A DNA stretch of 64,000 bases from NCBI GenBank assembly GCA_002353275.1, contig DEJH01000041.1, positions 34,201 to 98,200 on the forward strand, in the 5' to 3' direction. The first letter of the stretch is position 1. The number at the start of each line of letters is the position of its first letter. Positions 1-9,311 of this stretch are shown here, in pieces. The stretch comes from Bacillales bacterium UBA2753 (GTDB lineage: Bacteria > Bacillota_I > Bacilli_A > RFN20 > CAG-826). The position numbers and the translations under genes are program-made. The notes beneath the pieces were generated by a model, which made no database searches, was not told where the DNA came from, and worked only from the letters and a program-made list of their open reading frames with translations.

Positions 1-87
1 CATTCCATGAGAAATAATCGTGCTTTCTAAAGCAACAACTGGTCGATTTTCCTTAATAGCCTTACTAACTTCTGGGTTAATTTTCAT
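1..87 (-). CDS. psuG: pseudouridine-5'-phosphate glycosidase, first 29 codons only (gene continues beyond window start)
   Basis: Reverse complement of 1-87 reads MKINPEVSKAIKENRPVVALESTIISHGM, the conserved PsuG/IndA N-terminus. Start codon is the complement of 85-87. Confidence 0.6.
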   Translation of the reverse strand, partial: MKINPEVSKAIKENRPVVALESTIISHGM

Positions 88-215
88 ATGACGTTTCTCC
101 TAATAAAAATTTACTATCTAGATTATATTATAATCTTTTTGGACACTGTCCCAAGAGAATAATTTAATTATTTATATTTCCTTCTTTTTAATGAAAAGAA
201 TACAATGAAATAGAA

Positions 216-2843
216 ATGAAAAAGAAACACATAGCAAAAGATATTGTAACTTATTCTCCTTCTATGGAAGAGGGGTTAAGCGAAGAAATCGTTAACCAAA
301 GAAAAGAAGAAGGATTAGTTAATATCACTGTTAGTCCTACTAATAAAAGTTATACCCAAATCATCTTTGGAAATATTTTTACTTTCTTTAATATCTTGAT
401 GTTCGCAATCGCGGCAGTCCTTTTACTCGTCGTAGGAGCAAAAGTCGTCACAAACCTAATGTTTTTAGGAATCATTATCGCTAATTTGTTAATCGGCACG
501 ATTCAAGAATGTAAAAGTAAACACACAATTGAAAAATTAAAATTGCTTAATGATTCTAAAATCAAAGTTAGAAGATCATCTAAAGAAGTAGAAATCTTAC
601 CTAGTGAGATCGTTTTAAACGATGTCGTTATTCTTTATCCTGGAGATCAAGTCCCAGTTGATGGAGAGATTCTTTCTAAAGAAGTCATCGAAGTTAATGA
701 ATCTTTATTAACTGGTGAATCTGTCCCAGTAAAAAAGAAAGCTGGAGATACTTTATTTGCAGGAAGCTTCATCGTTAGTGGAGTTGCTTATTTTAGAGCG
801 GATAAGATCGCTAACGACACCTATGTTCAATCAATTGAATCGAAAGCTAAATTAAGCAAACAACCAAAATCTCGCTTAATGTTAGCGATTAATAAAATCA
901 TTAAAGTAATGGCCTTTATCGCTATCCCACTAGCGATCATCGTCTTTGTTAATGAATTTATTCATAACACCATTACTCCACCACTAGATAAACTAGGAAA
1001 TCCAGTTCCATTATTCCCAACTTTCTGGGGACAAGAGAGTTCTTTAACTAATGCGGTATTTTATGGTGGTACCACTATCGCATATATGATTCCATGTGGA
1101 ATGGCCCTTTTAGCCTCTGTCGCCATGGCAACAGGCGTTATTAAACTCGCACAAAATAAAACTCTCGCACAAAATCTATATTCCGTTGAACTCCTCTCAA
1201 GAGTGGACACTTTATGTTTAGATAAAACTGGAACTCTTACTGATGGAACAATGACTGTCACTGAATATCATCTTCTAGATAAGAAAATCAAAGATGAGGA
1301 ATTAAAAAAGCTCATCTCCTCATATCTATCCGCTTTTAAGAGTGAAAACCAAACATCAATCGCGATGATTAATAAATTTGGCAAGAATTTAGAATACGCA
1401 ATTGATAAAACCATCCAATTCTCATCCGCAAGAAAATATTCCGCTGTTAAATTTAAGAATTTAGGTTGGTACGCTTTAGGGGCACCTGAATATCTTACTG
1501 GAGAAGATGAACTTCTTAAGAAAGTGGATGAATACGCTAAAAACGGCTTAAGAGTGATTCTTTTAAGTAAGATTGAGGAAGAATTCACTGATGAAAATAA
1601 ACTCCCAGGAAAAAGAAATAATGTCGCGATGTTTGTAATTAGAGACACTATCCGTCCTGAAGTATATGACACGATGAAATGGTTCTCAGAAAACGATGTC
1701 GATATCAAAGTTATCTCTGGAGATAATATTGGCACGGTCAGTTATATCGCTAAAGAAAGCGGAATTAAAAATTATGACAAAGTCTTTGATATGTCGACTT
1801 ATAAAGAAGGAGACAATTTAGAAGAAATCGTCATGAACCACGCGATTTTTGGTCGAGTCACTCCTGATCAAAAAGCAGATATCATCGCTGTACTTAAAAA
1901 GAATGGTAGAACTACTGGAGTTACTGGTGATGGTCTTAATGACCTTCTCGCCTTTAAACAAGCGGATTGTAGTATCGCTCTCGCTAATGGAGCGGCCGCC
2001 ACTAAAAATGTTGCTAACTTAATTCTTTTAGATAGTAACTTCGCCAATATGAAAGAAGCCGTCTATCAAGGTAGACGTGTCGTTAATAATATCCAAAGAA
2101 GTGCCTCATTATTCGTGATGAAAGACTTCTGTTGGTTATTTATCACTATTCTTCCTATCCTATTAGGCTTACAACATATTATTCAACCAACTGTGATGAC
2201 AATGGTTAATGTCTTTATTACTGGAATCGCATCATTCTTTGTGGCCTTAGAAGCAGATAAGACCAGAGTGAAGGGTGATTTCTTTAAGAATGTTGTTTCT
2301 AGTGGAATCACTTCTGGTATGTATATGTTCTTACCAGTCTTATTCATTATGGCTTATGCCTTAATTAGACAACTCTCTATGACAGGAACAGTGGATGTTA
2401 ATGCATTAAAAACAGTTGTAAGTGATGGACAAGTATTAAAATTTGGTTGGGTAACAGTGATCTCTTTAGCAATCACGATAAGTGGATTTGTAATCTTCTT
2501 CTTTAACTGTATGCCTTTCACTAAATATCGAAAATATTTATATGGAATCACTGTTGGAGTAATTTTAGTGATTCTCTATTTAGCACCTGAATTCTTCATT
2601 ATCAGTGGCACTGATATGCTTGCGGGAGTAGGTGGCAAAATCAGTTTAATGTTTAAATATATCTTCTCTCGCGTTGGGGATAACGCTCAATTTGGGTTAT
2701 ATAAATTAATGGAAACTGAACAGTGGGTATTCCTATTAATATATACATTAATAAGTGTTCCATTATTCATCGGGAACAAAAAAGTCACCGGATGGGTGAC
2801 TGATAAGCTTCTCTTCTCAAAAAGAGAATTTAAGGACGAATAG
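216..2843 (+). CDS. cation-transporting P-type ATPase (Ca/Mg type), 875 aa
   Basis: Actuator motif LTGESVPV, phosphorylation site CLDKTGTLT, hinge motif VTGDGLNDLLAFKQADCSIAL, multiple TM helices at both ends. Confidence 0.9.
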   Translation: MKKKHIAKDIVTYSPSMEEGLSEEIVNQRKEEGLVNITVSPTNKSYTQIIFGNIFTFFNILMFAIAAVLLLVVGAKVVTNLMFLGIIIANLLIGTIQECKSKHTIEKLKLLNDSKIKVRRSSKEVEILPSEIVLNDVVILYPGDQVPVDGEILSKEVIEVNESLLTGESVPVKKKAGDTLFAGSFIVSGVAYFRADKIANDTYVQSIESKAKLSKQPKSRLMLAINKIIKVMAFIAIPLAIIVFVNEFIHNTITPPLDKLGNPVPLFPTFWGQESSLTNAVFYGGTTIAYMIPCGMALLASVAMATGVIKLAQNKTLAQNLYSVELLSRVDTLCLDKTGTLTDGTMTVTEYHLLDKKIKDEELKKLISSYLSAFKSENQTSIAMINKFGKNLEYAIDKTIQFSSARKYSAVKFKNLGWYALGAPEYLTGEDELLKKVDEYAKNGLRVILLSKIEEEFTDENKLPGKRNNVAMFVIRDTIRPEVYDTMKWFSENDVDIKVISGDNIGTVSYIAKESGIKNYDKVFDMSTYKEGDNLEEIVMNHAIFGRVTPDQKADIIAVLKKNGRTTGVTGDGLNDLLAFKQADCSIALANGAAATKNVANLILLDSNFANMKEAVYQGRRVVNNIQRSASLFVMKDFCWLFITILPILLGLQHIIQPTVMTMVNVFITGIASFFVALEADKTRVKGDFFKNVVSSGITSGMYMFLPVLFIMAYALIRQLSMTGTVDVNALKTVVSDGQVLKFGWVTVISLAITISGFVIFFFNCMPFTKYRKYLYGITVGVILVILYLAPEFFIISGTDMLAGVGGKISLMFKYIFSRVGDNAQFGLYKLMETEQWVFLLIYTLISVPLFIGNKKVTGWVTDKLLFSKREFKDE

Positions 2844-3330
2844 GTTTTTGAGAATAATATTTCCTTACCAAATCATATAGCCTTTTTTGTGGATCGGTTA
2901 TAAGTTCTTTTTCGCCTCGAGATTCCGCTATCCTAATAATCGCTTCTTCAATGCTTAAAGAGTGATAAAGAGGATAAACGCTAGCGAGATAAGAGATTGG
3001 TATACTTTTAACAATTTGCTTACAGGTAAGCGAATAAATATATGACCATTCACGTAATAAATATCCAATCCACGCCATAATATGAGGGGCAAGTACTGTT
3101 CCTCTTTTCATATGGATGTTACTAGATACTTGACGGTAAATAAGTTCATCGCCGTATTCATAATTAAAGATTTCTAGTCGGTCCATCCAATAGCTATATC
3201 TAGAGTTAAGATAGACCTTAATGAAATACATTGAAGGAATCCCTTCTTTTGCTGATCTTTCAAAGATTCTAGATTGAAGTTTACAGAGTTCGTAACATCT
3301 ATCATCTTTTTCTCTTAAATAATTCATCAA
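2830..3330 (-). CDS. hypothetical protein, downstream partner of a DUF3990-like gene (possible DUF3791-type partner)
   Basis: 166-aa ORF overlapping the stop of the upstream DUF3990-like gene. Same two-gene arrangement recurs at 25189-26882. Confidence 0.45.
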   Translation of the reverse strand: MMNYLREKDDRCYELCKLQSRIFERSAKEGIPSMYFIKVYLNSRYSYWMDRLEIFNYEYGDELIYRQVSSNIHMKRGTVLAPHIMAWIGYLLREWSYIYSLTCKQIVKSIPISYLASVYPLYHSLSIEEAIIRIAESRGEKELITDPQKRLYDLVRKYYSQKPIRP

Positions 3331-4174
3331 AATAGCTACCCTCCCTTCGATATTTTATTAACGCTAACCTGGCCTTTTGAATGCCTTCGTTAGATAGGTC
3401 GTTTTTAAGTGATAAATAGTGTTCTTTTTCTTTTTCACATAGATACATATGATCTATTTCTTTTAGACACTGGCACGCTTTCATACTTTTAAATACATAT
3501 TGCTTACCTAAATTTGTTGCTGCTAATGCGTGAAGACACGCTTCATCTGTAATTTCGCTTCTAGAAAAAGAGTCAATTGTTTTAAACATTTCGTTATCCG
3601 CAATAGGAGCAATGATTAAATCGCTTTCTTCTACTTTGTTAATCAAAGATTTGATTGAATCATTTATTTCATAATCTTTAAAAGCATTACGATAGTACAT
3701 GACAATATAAAGCCAATCGCGATTTGCGTTCAGTTCTAATATTTTTAAATTAGAATCTTCTTTAAGATAAAAAGCATAAACTGAACTATTTTTAAAATTG
3801 CAAACCCAAGTTGCAGCTTGTCTTAACGATTCCCCAGCATAAAAAGCGGTTCCAAAATCCTTTGGAAGAGAAGAATGTTTATTATCAATCTCTCCATCAA
3901 TATTGTCTTTTGCTCCGTGAAACAAAAGAAGTCTTCCGTTTGCGTCATCTTTATAGATCATTTCTTTTGTTTTATTGAGGTCGAATCTATATTCATTGTT
4001 GAAGAAATATGAATAAAACTTCTCCATACTTTGTTCTGTATATCCACACTCGCCTTTTATCAGGTGATTAACAAAAGTCCTAGAGACCCCAACATTATCA
4101 GCGAGTTCTTCGGTTGATATCCTAAAGAAATCCATCATTAAATTGATATCAGAAAGCAAATTATAGTTCTTCAT
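3302..4174 (-). CDS. XRE-type HTH fused to a DUF3990-like domain, 290 aa
   Basis: N-terminal HTH (ELADNVGVSRTFVNHLIKGE). Central LLLFHGAKDN...DFGTAFYAGESLRQAATWV matches the DUF3990 signature (YHGS ... DFGxGFYxT ... QAxxWA). Confidence 0.6.
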   Translation of the reverse strand: MKNYNLLSDINLMMDFFRISTEELADNVGVSRTFVNHLIKGECGYTEQSMEKFYSYFFNNEYRFDLNKTKEMIYKDDANGRLLLFHGAKDNIDGEIDNKHSSLPKDFGTAFYAGESLRQAATWVCNFKNSSVYAFYLKEDSNLKILELNANRDWLYIVMYYRNAFKDYEINDSIKSLINKVEESDLIIAPIADNEMFKTIDSFSRSEITDEACLHALAATNLGKQYVFKSMKACQCLKEIDHMYLCEKEKEHYLSLKNDLSNEGIQKARLALIKYRREGSYFDELFKRKR

Positions 4175-4200
4175 AATTAGAGTGTAAACTACTTTACACC

Positions 4201-4674
4201 CTATTTCAATTTCTTTTTGTTTTGTCTCTTATTTTTAAAATAATCTTTGATTAAGGAAGAACATTCTTCTTCTAATATTCCACCTTCAACATGAGGATAA
4301 TGGTTCAAATTCTTGATTTCGTTAAAGTTAATTGAAGAAGTAATGGCCCCTCCAGAAGGATCTTTTGCTCCAAAATATACATTCTTAATATAGGATTGAT
4401 ATATCGCTCCCATGCACATTAAACACGGTTCAATTGTGACATATAAATCACAATCAAATAATCTCCAGTTATCTAACTTCTTACTCGCTTTTTTAATCGC
4501 TTCAATTTCCGCGTGATTAATAACAAGTTTTTTACTTTCTTTTAAATTAAATCCTCTGGCGATAATTTTATCGTTATGAACAATTACACATCCAATTGGT
4601 ACTTCATCAATTAAAAGAGCCTTTTTGGCTTCTTTGATCGCTATCGACATGTAATATTCTTTACTATGTTTCAT
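4201..4674 (-). CDS. tadA: tRNA-specific adenosine deaminase
   Basis: CDA zinc-binding motifs HAEIEAI and EPCLMCMGAI, about 155 aa. Start chosen at MKHSKEYYM inside the longer ORF. Confidence 0.85.
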   Translation of the reverse strand: MKHSKEYYMSIAIKEAKKALLIDEVPIGCVIVHNDKIIARGFNLKESKKLVINHAEIEAIKKASKKLDNWRLFDCDLYVTIEPCLMCMGAIYQSYIKNVYFGAKDPSGGAITSSINFNEIKNLNHYPHVEGGILEEECSSLIKDYFKNKRQNKKKLK

Positions 4675-4804
4675 AAATAAGAAAACCGTCGCACACAATC
4701 AAGTTACTTAAGGCTGCTATATTCCTATCCTGACCTGGTTCATAGTCAACTGTCGCAACGGCAAAATAATTATAAACAATTATTTGAAATATGGTCAAAT
4801 TTTA

Positions 4805-4833
4805 TTGTCACAATATAAATTAATGTATATAAT
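4805..4833 (+). promoter_or_regulatory. sigma-A type promoter for tRNA-Ala
   Basis: TTGTCA (4805-4810), 17-nt spacer, TATAAT (4828-4833), about 35 nt upstream of the tRNA. Confidence 0.5.
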
Positions 4834-4869
4834 CATTTTTGCGAGTTTCCAAGAAGAACTTGTTAACAT

Positions 4870-4945
4870 GGGTCTATAGCTCAGTTGGGAGAGCATCTGA
4901 TTTGCATTCAGAGGGTCGAGAGTTCGAGTCTCTTTAGATCCACCA
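4870..4945 (+). tRNA. tRNA-Ala (anticodon UGC), CCA encoded
   Basis: Cloverleaf folds by eye. Anticodon loop ttTGCat, G3:U70 alanine identity pair in the acceptor stem (GGGTCTA / TAGATCC), GTTCGAGTC T-arm. Confidence 0.9.
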
Positions 4946-4958
4946 AAACTAAAATGAT

Positions 4959-4981
4959 ACGCGCTTCGGTGCGTTTTTTTA
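4959..4981. terminator. intrinsic terminator, UUCG tetraloop hairpin plus T7
   Basis: ACGCGC-TTCG-GTGCGT followed by TTTTTTT. Lies between the tRNA-Ala 3' end and the stop of the convergent 4997-7891 gene. Confidence 0.7.
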
Positions 4982-4996
4982 AAACTTATAAACTAA

Positions 4997-7891
4997 TTAT
5001 TCTTTATCAAAAGTCACTTTAATAGCAGGTCTAACAGAATGTAATGTGTCATTAGTAGCAGTTCCATCTACTACAATCTTTCCATCATACATAACCATTA
5101 AAAATTCATCGCTACCTGTTATCCAATAATATGTACCGCCATTATTATATGTAATTATTTCCGCTCCTTTTGCCCTAGCGTAATCACTTGTGTAACATAT
5201 TCTATCTTCATCACTATTAAATCCATAATCGATATTGGAACAATCGTTTTTAGTCGGTAATGAGACCGAAATACTTTTATAGTTACTATGAGAAAATGCA
5301 AGTGAATTAAAGCGATTACTCAACCAATAATATAAATAGTTATTGGTGTTGTTCCCAAGACCTATCGCTCTTGCATCTATAGCTAAATCCGATAATAAAT
5401 AATATTCATCTTCGTTTGTTTGTAATATTCTCCAAGTTATAGGAGTGCATTTAAACCAGTATGTCTTTCCACTTTCGATTTCTTCACCATCATTAAAAAC
5501 ATGAGATTCATAACTTGTTAATAAAGCGTCAACCTTCGCATAATAATGATCTTCATATAGATACCATTCATAAAATGATGGCTCGTTTAATTCTTCCAGT
5601 GAAGAGATAAGCGCTTCATCCGTAACTCTTTCTTGAGGATATATACCATACGTTAATGTATTTTCATCTAAAAAGAGAGGATCGGCACCGCTAACTTCCT
5701 CAATTGAATAAAAGTATGCAAATGCCAATATATTATGAGCAGGCATTTTAAAGGTATAAGTAGCATCACTAACACTAATGTCATTATCAATTTTCCAATA
5801 GGCGAAAACATATCCTTCATAAGGTATAGCTTCAATTGTGATCTGTTCATCAGTTCTTCCTTCGCCACTTACAAGACGAACTTCACCCCTATTAATATCA
5901 GTAGAATAAATATTTATAGTGTATTTAAATGGGCTCCAAGTAGCTTCAAGAGTTATATCTCCAATCATACCTTTATGAATGCCAGAAAAAGATTCTCCGT
6001 TTTTAGTCCACCCATTAAATATGTAGCCATCTCTAATTGGATCAGATATGGTGAATTCATCCTCAATTGTATATTTATTTGGGTAACTAGCTGGGTAGCT
6101 ATTAAACTTTCCCCTATTAAGGACATAAGTAATAGAGTAAGAAATAGGAGTCCACTGGGCAATAAATGTAGTGTCTTCGGTGTAAGTCCATTTTTCGTTT
6201 TCGGAAATGATCTTATTTCCATCTGACCAACCCGCAAATTCATATCCATCTCGAGTTGGAGAAGGAAGTGAAAAAGTTTTATTAAATTGGAAAGATAAAG
6301 ATGATTCAGAAATAATTCCACCATTAGGATTCAAATTAGCGGTAAAGAAATTTCCGTCATTCCAGACAGCCTTAAAAACCTTATTACCAGTAGATCCATA
6401 TGGAATACCTGTTGTCGGTACTATTTGACCAATAGAAGTAGAAGACCAGCATACAAAATCATAACCGGGTTTATGAGGATCAGATAAAATCACTTCTTCC
6501 TCTTCGTTATATGTTTCTGGATTATCAGGAGAATTAATTCCTCCATCCAAATCGTAACGAATTTCATATTCTTTAAGTGGGGTAGTACTAATACGAGTTG
6601 CATAACTCGTTAATCCATATGGAGAAACATCATCGTTAGCTTTGCGTTGATAGAAATAATATAGTTTTGTTGGACTGAGATCAGTGAACAATGGTGAATC
6701 TTGGAAAGAGAGAGATTCGTTATGACGATATTCATAACCTTCAACTTTTTCTAATCTTACAAAAGTATCTCCTCTTTCTAATACAATAGGTGCATCTGGT
6801 AATAAATACCCTCTACTAGAGCAATTACTACAACCACTCATATGACAATTTGGGCATTCTTCTCCCCATAATGCATATAATGTGTCGTCATAATTAAAAC
6901 TGATACTATTACCAGGCGAATAAATTGTTGTTGATTTATAACTATTCCATCCAATAAATACATATCCTTCTCTTGTTGGTTTATCATCTGGAAGTTTAGT
7001 ATAAGAGTCGTGACCTTTCTCTAAGAGAGTTGGACCACCGACTCCACCATTAGGATTAAAATTAATAACATAGTGAAGTCTATCAACATAATCATCCTTA
7101 TATTGATCTCCACATCTAGAACAAGTATAAATTGTATATCCTTGAGAAGTATATGTAGGTTCAACGACTTCTGTCTCGTATAAATGCCCTAAAGCAGGAA
7201 TAGTGACATGCTCAGAATTAATGATGGCATTATCATCACTACAACGTGTGACTATATCATAACTACCAGGGTATTCACATGTAGGTTCACATCTATTTTC
7301 CTCTACTGTATACAAATGTTGATGGCCTGTTTTTGGGATAATAACTTTAGAATTATAATCACATCTTGTGCATGTATCATATTCAGTATATCCATCTTTT
7401 GTACATGTAGGAGCTAGTCCATCATGATGAATCAAATCATGCCCTAAAGCAGGAATAATAACTCTAGTAACATCTAACTCTTGTCCACAAGTTCTACAAT
7501 ATGTGATGTTTTCATAATACCCATCACTAACACAAGTTGGTTTGTGCTCATTACATCCTTCATCAACAAAAGGAACATGAACATGAGGGACAGGATCGAC
7601 GCTTTCCTCTTCTTGATAGCGGCAATAAATACAGGTTCTATGTTTCAAACCACTAGAATATTCAGTCGGTTCATAATCAAAAACCCACTCGCCAAATGTG
7701 TGATTAGCGTAGTCAGATATAACATCATGTCCACATGTTGAGGGATGCCAATGGCCTTCTTCTGAATATGACCAATAATTTGAAAATGTATGCTCGTGAG
7801 GAGGTGGTTCTGAATTATTTCCGTTCTGATTCGAACACCCCAAAAGCAAAAGGGAAACCGCAACTAAAACAAATGTTTTGCTCAATATCAT
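4997..7891 (-). CDS. large surface lipoprotein with Cys-rich IPALGH modules and Listeria-Bacteroides (Flg_new) repeats, 964 aa
   Basis: Signal peptide with lipobox LLLGC|SNQ. Five copies of an H..TC..GY....C.RC......IPALGH module. At least four G-Y-x-F-x-G-W repeats (REGYVFIGWNS, KPGYDFVCWSS, RDGYEFAGWSD, RDGYIFNGWTK). Confidence 0.8.
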   Translation of the reverse strand: MILSKTFVLVAVSLLLLGCSNQNGNNSEPPPHEHTFSNYWSYSEEGHWHPSTCGHDVISDYANHTFGEWVFDYEPTEYSSGLKHRTCIYCRYQEEESVDPVPHVHVPFVDEGCNEHKPTCVSDGYYENITYCRTCGQELDVTRVIIPALGHDLIHHDGLAPTCTKDGYTEYDTCTRCDYNSKVIIPKTGHQHLYTVEENRCEPTCEYPGSYDIVTRCSDDNAIINSEHVTIPALGHLYETEVVEPTYTSQGYTIYTCSRCGDQYKDDYVDRLHYVINFNPNGGVGGPTLLEKGHDSYTKLPDDKPTREGYVFIGWNSYKSTTIYSPGNSISFNYDDTLYALWGEECPNCHMSGCSNCSSRGYLLPDAPIVLERGDTFVRLEKVEGYEYRHNESLSFQDSPLFTDLSPTKLYYFYQRKANDDVSPYGLTSYATRISTTPLKEYEIRYDLDGGINSPDNPETYNEEEEVILSDPHKPGYDFVCWSSTSIGQIVPTTGIPYGSTGNKVFKAVWNDGNFFTANLNPNGGIISESSLSFQFNKTFSLPSPTRDGYEFAGWSDGNKIISENEKWTYTEDTTFIAQWTPISYSITYVLNRGKFNSYPASYPNKYTIEDEFTISDPIRDGYIFNGWTKNGESFSGIHKGMIGDITLEATWSPFKYTINIYSTDINRGEVRLVSGEGRTDEQITIEAIPYEGYVFAYWKIDNDISVSDATYTFKMPAHNILAFAYFYSIEEVSGADPLFLDENTLTYGIYPQERVTDEALISSLEELNEPSFYEWYLYEDHYYAKVDALLTSYESHVFNDGEEIESGKTYWFKCTPITWRILQTNEDEYYLLSDLAIDARAIGLGNNTNNYLYYWLSNRFNSLAFSHSNYKSISVSLPTKNDCSNIDYGFNSDEDRICYTSDYARAKGAEIITYNNGGTYYWITGSDEFLMVMYDGKIVVDGTATNDTLHSVRPAIKVTFDKE

Positions 7892-8020
7892 AAGTTATTT
7901 TTATTATAAATAAATTATGAAAGAATTAATCAAAAAACAAACATAACTAGCAAAAAAACAAGATTGGGCTTAAACTTTTATAATTTTAAACAGTGATCGT
8001 GATCTTAAAAATATGTAAAA

Positions 8021-8106
8021 TCTATAGTTGAAGTATGGAAATTCTATAGTTGGACTATGGAATTTCTGAAGTTGTACTTCGGATTTTCTGAAGTTGAACT
8101 TCGGAT
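8021..8106. repeat. four tandem degenerate 22-bp direct repeats upstream of tRNA-Met
   Basis: tctatagttgaagtatggaa / ttctatagttggactatggaa / tttctgaagttgtacttcggat / tttctgaagttgaacttcggat. Shared core tCT..AGTTG...T..GGA, no spacers. Confidence 0.7.
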
Positions 8107-8241
8107 TTTACTAAAATTGAAGGACTTATTGTGATTAATCATTCCTTTGAAATCTATTTAATAGAAAAGTTATGAAAATATACATTTAAAGAATTTCAAA
8201 GAAGTGTATAATATTAAAAGCCTGAACACAGGCTATAACTT

Positions 8242-8318
8242 GGCTGAGTAGCTCAGTTGGCTAGAGCAGGAAGTTCATACCTTCAAGGTCGGCGGTTCAA
8301 ATCCGTCCTCAGCTACCA
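8242..8318 (+). tRNA. tRNA-Met (anticodon CAU), probably elongator type, CCA encoded
   Basis: GGCTGAGTAGCTCAGTTGGCTAGAGC ... anticodon loop ttCATac ... GGTTCAAATCC ... CTCAGCTACCA. Resembles Bacillus elongator tRNA-Met. A tRNA-Ile2 (lysidine-modified CAU anticodon) cannot be excluded. Confidence 0.8.
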
Positions 8319-8330
8319 TCAGAAAATAAC

Positions 8331-8352
8331 GCCGGAAATTCCGGCTTTTATT
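8331..8352 (+). terminator. intrinsic terminator after tRNA-Met
   Basis: GCCGG-aaatt-CCGGC followed by TTTTATT. Confidence 0.7.
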
Positions 8353-8416
8353 ATATAAATATTTGAGTCGTCCACAATTTGTGGACAACTGAATTGTTAT
8401 ATGTTATCATATTTAT

Positions 8417-9271
8417 ATGATAAAACACTCAGTTAGGTATTTTAACAGTAAACCAGTAAGGGCTATTTGGGATAGTGAGGAGTCTTCTTGGTGGTATTCC
8501 GCTACAGATTTAATTGATATTTTGGTAGAGCCTAACTCTCCGAAACGATATTGGAATAACGTCAAAGTTCGTAATCCTGAGTTGTCTCCTTTTTGTGGAC
8601 AGCAAAAATTGCTCGCTAATGACAATAAGCAATATCTTTCTGAAGTAATAAATGAAAACGGAATCAAACTATTAATAAATATCATTCCATCAAAATACAA
8701 AAAACAGGTTTTGGATTGGATTAATGGAAGTATGGATCCAATCGACGAACAAAGTAAGCGAAAAGCGTATCAACTATATAAAACAAACTTAATAAATGAT
8801 GATGAAATCGGCAAAACCGTTTCTCTTCAAAAAATCCACGCTTACTTATTTGAGGGTTTATATGAATTTGCAGGAAAGATAAGAACTAGAACAATCTCAA
8901 AAGGTGGATTTGTGTTCGCTAACGGTGATTATCTCCCTCAAACACTTTCTCAAATCGATAGGATGCCTCAATCTACATTTGATGAAATTGTTGAGAAATA
9001 TGTTGAAATGAATATTGCCCATCCATTCATGGAAGGAAACGGAAGAGCGACAAGAATATGGTTAGATTTAATATTCATTAAAGAACTTAAGAAATGCATT
9101 GATTGGTCATCAATCGATAAGAAAGACTACTTTGATGCGATGATGGTTAGTCCAAACGATGACACTAAAATCAAAGAAGTACTTAAGAGTGCGTTAACAG
9201 ATGATATTGATAATAGAGAACTATTTTTAAAAGGAATTGATACCTCTTACTATTACGAAGAAGTTGAATAA
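8417..9271 (+). CDS. Fic/Doc family protein (putative AMPylase) with an N-terminal Bro-N/antirepressor-like domain
   Basis: Fic motif HPFMEGNGRATR. N-terminus KPVRAIWDSEESSWWYSATDLIDIL resembles Bro-N. No obvious RBS, so start uncertain. Confidence 0.75.
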   Translation: MIKHSVRYFNSKPVRAIWDSEESSWWYSATDLIDILVEPNSPKRYWNNVKVRNPELSPFCGQQKLLANDNKQYLSEVINENGIKLLINIIPSKYKKQVLDWINGSMDPIDEQSKRKAYQLYKTNLINDDEIGKTVSLQKIHAYLFEGLYEFAGKIRTRTISKGGFVFANGDYLPQTLSQIDRMPQSTFDEIVEKYVEMNIAHPFMEGNGRATRIWLDLIFIKELKKCIDWSSIDKKDYFDAMMVSPNDDTKIKEVLKSALTDDIDNRELFLKGIDTSYYYEEVE

Positions 9272-9274
9272 AAA

Positions 9275-9305
9275 ACAGTGACGCTTTAGTTCGCCACTGT
9301 TTTTG
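9275..9305. terminator. bidirectional terminator between convergent genes
   Basis: AAAAA-ACAGTGACG...CGCCACTGT-TTTTT, imperfect 9-bp stem flanked by A and T runs. Confidence 0.6.
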
Positions 9306-9311
9306 TTGTAT

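Noticed and set aside
5668-7863. Seven 60-160 aa ORFs on both strands inside the 4997-7891 surface-protein gene
   Set aside because: All lie antisense to, or out of frame within, a long well-supported gene with lipobox and repeats. Judged to be composition-driven artefacts.
8021-8106. Possible CRISPR array
   Set aside because: The repeats are directly abutting with no spacers. Only four degenerate units. No cas genes in the window.
8413-8700. 95-aa minus-strand ORF overlapping the Fic gene start
   Set aside because: Antisense to a motif-supported gene and overlaps the tRNA-Met terminator region. No RBS.
8417-9271. Complete prophage around Fic/Bro-N and the NUMOD protein
   Set aside because: No integrase, capsid, terminase or att-like repeats in the window. 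The genes look like isolated phage-derived cargo.
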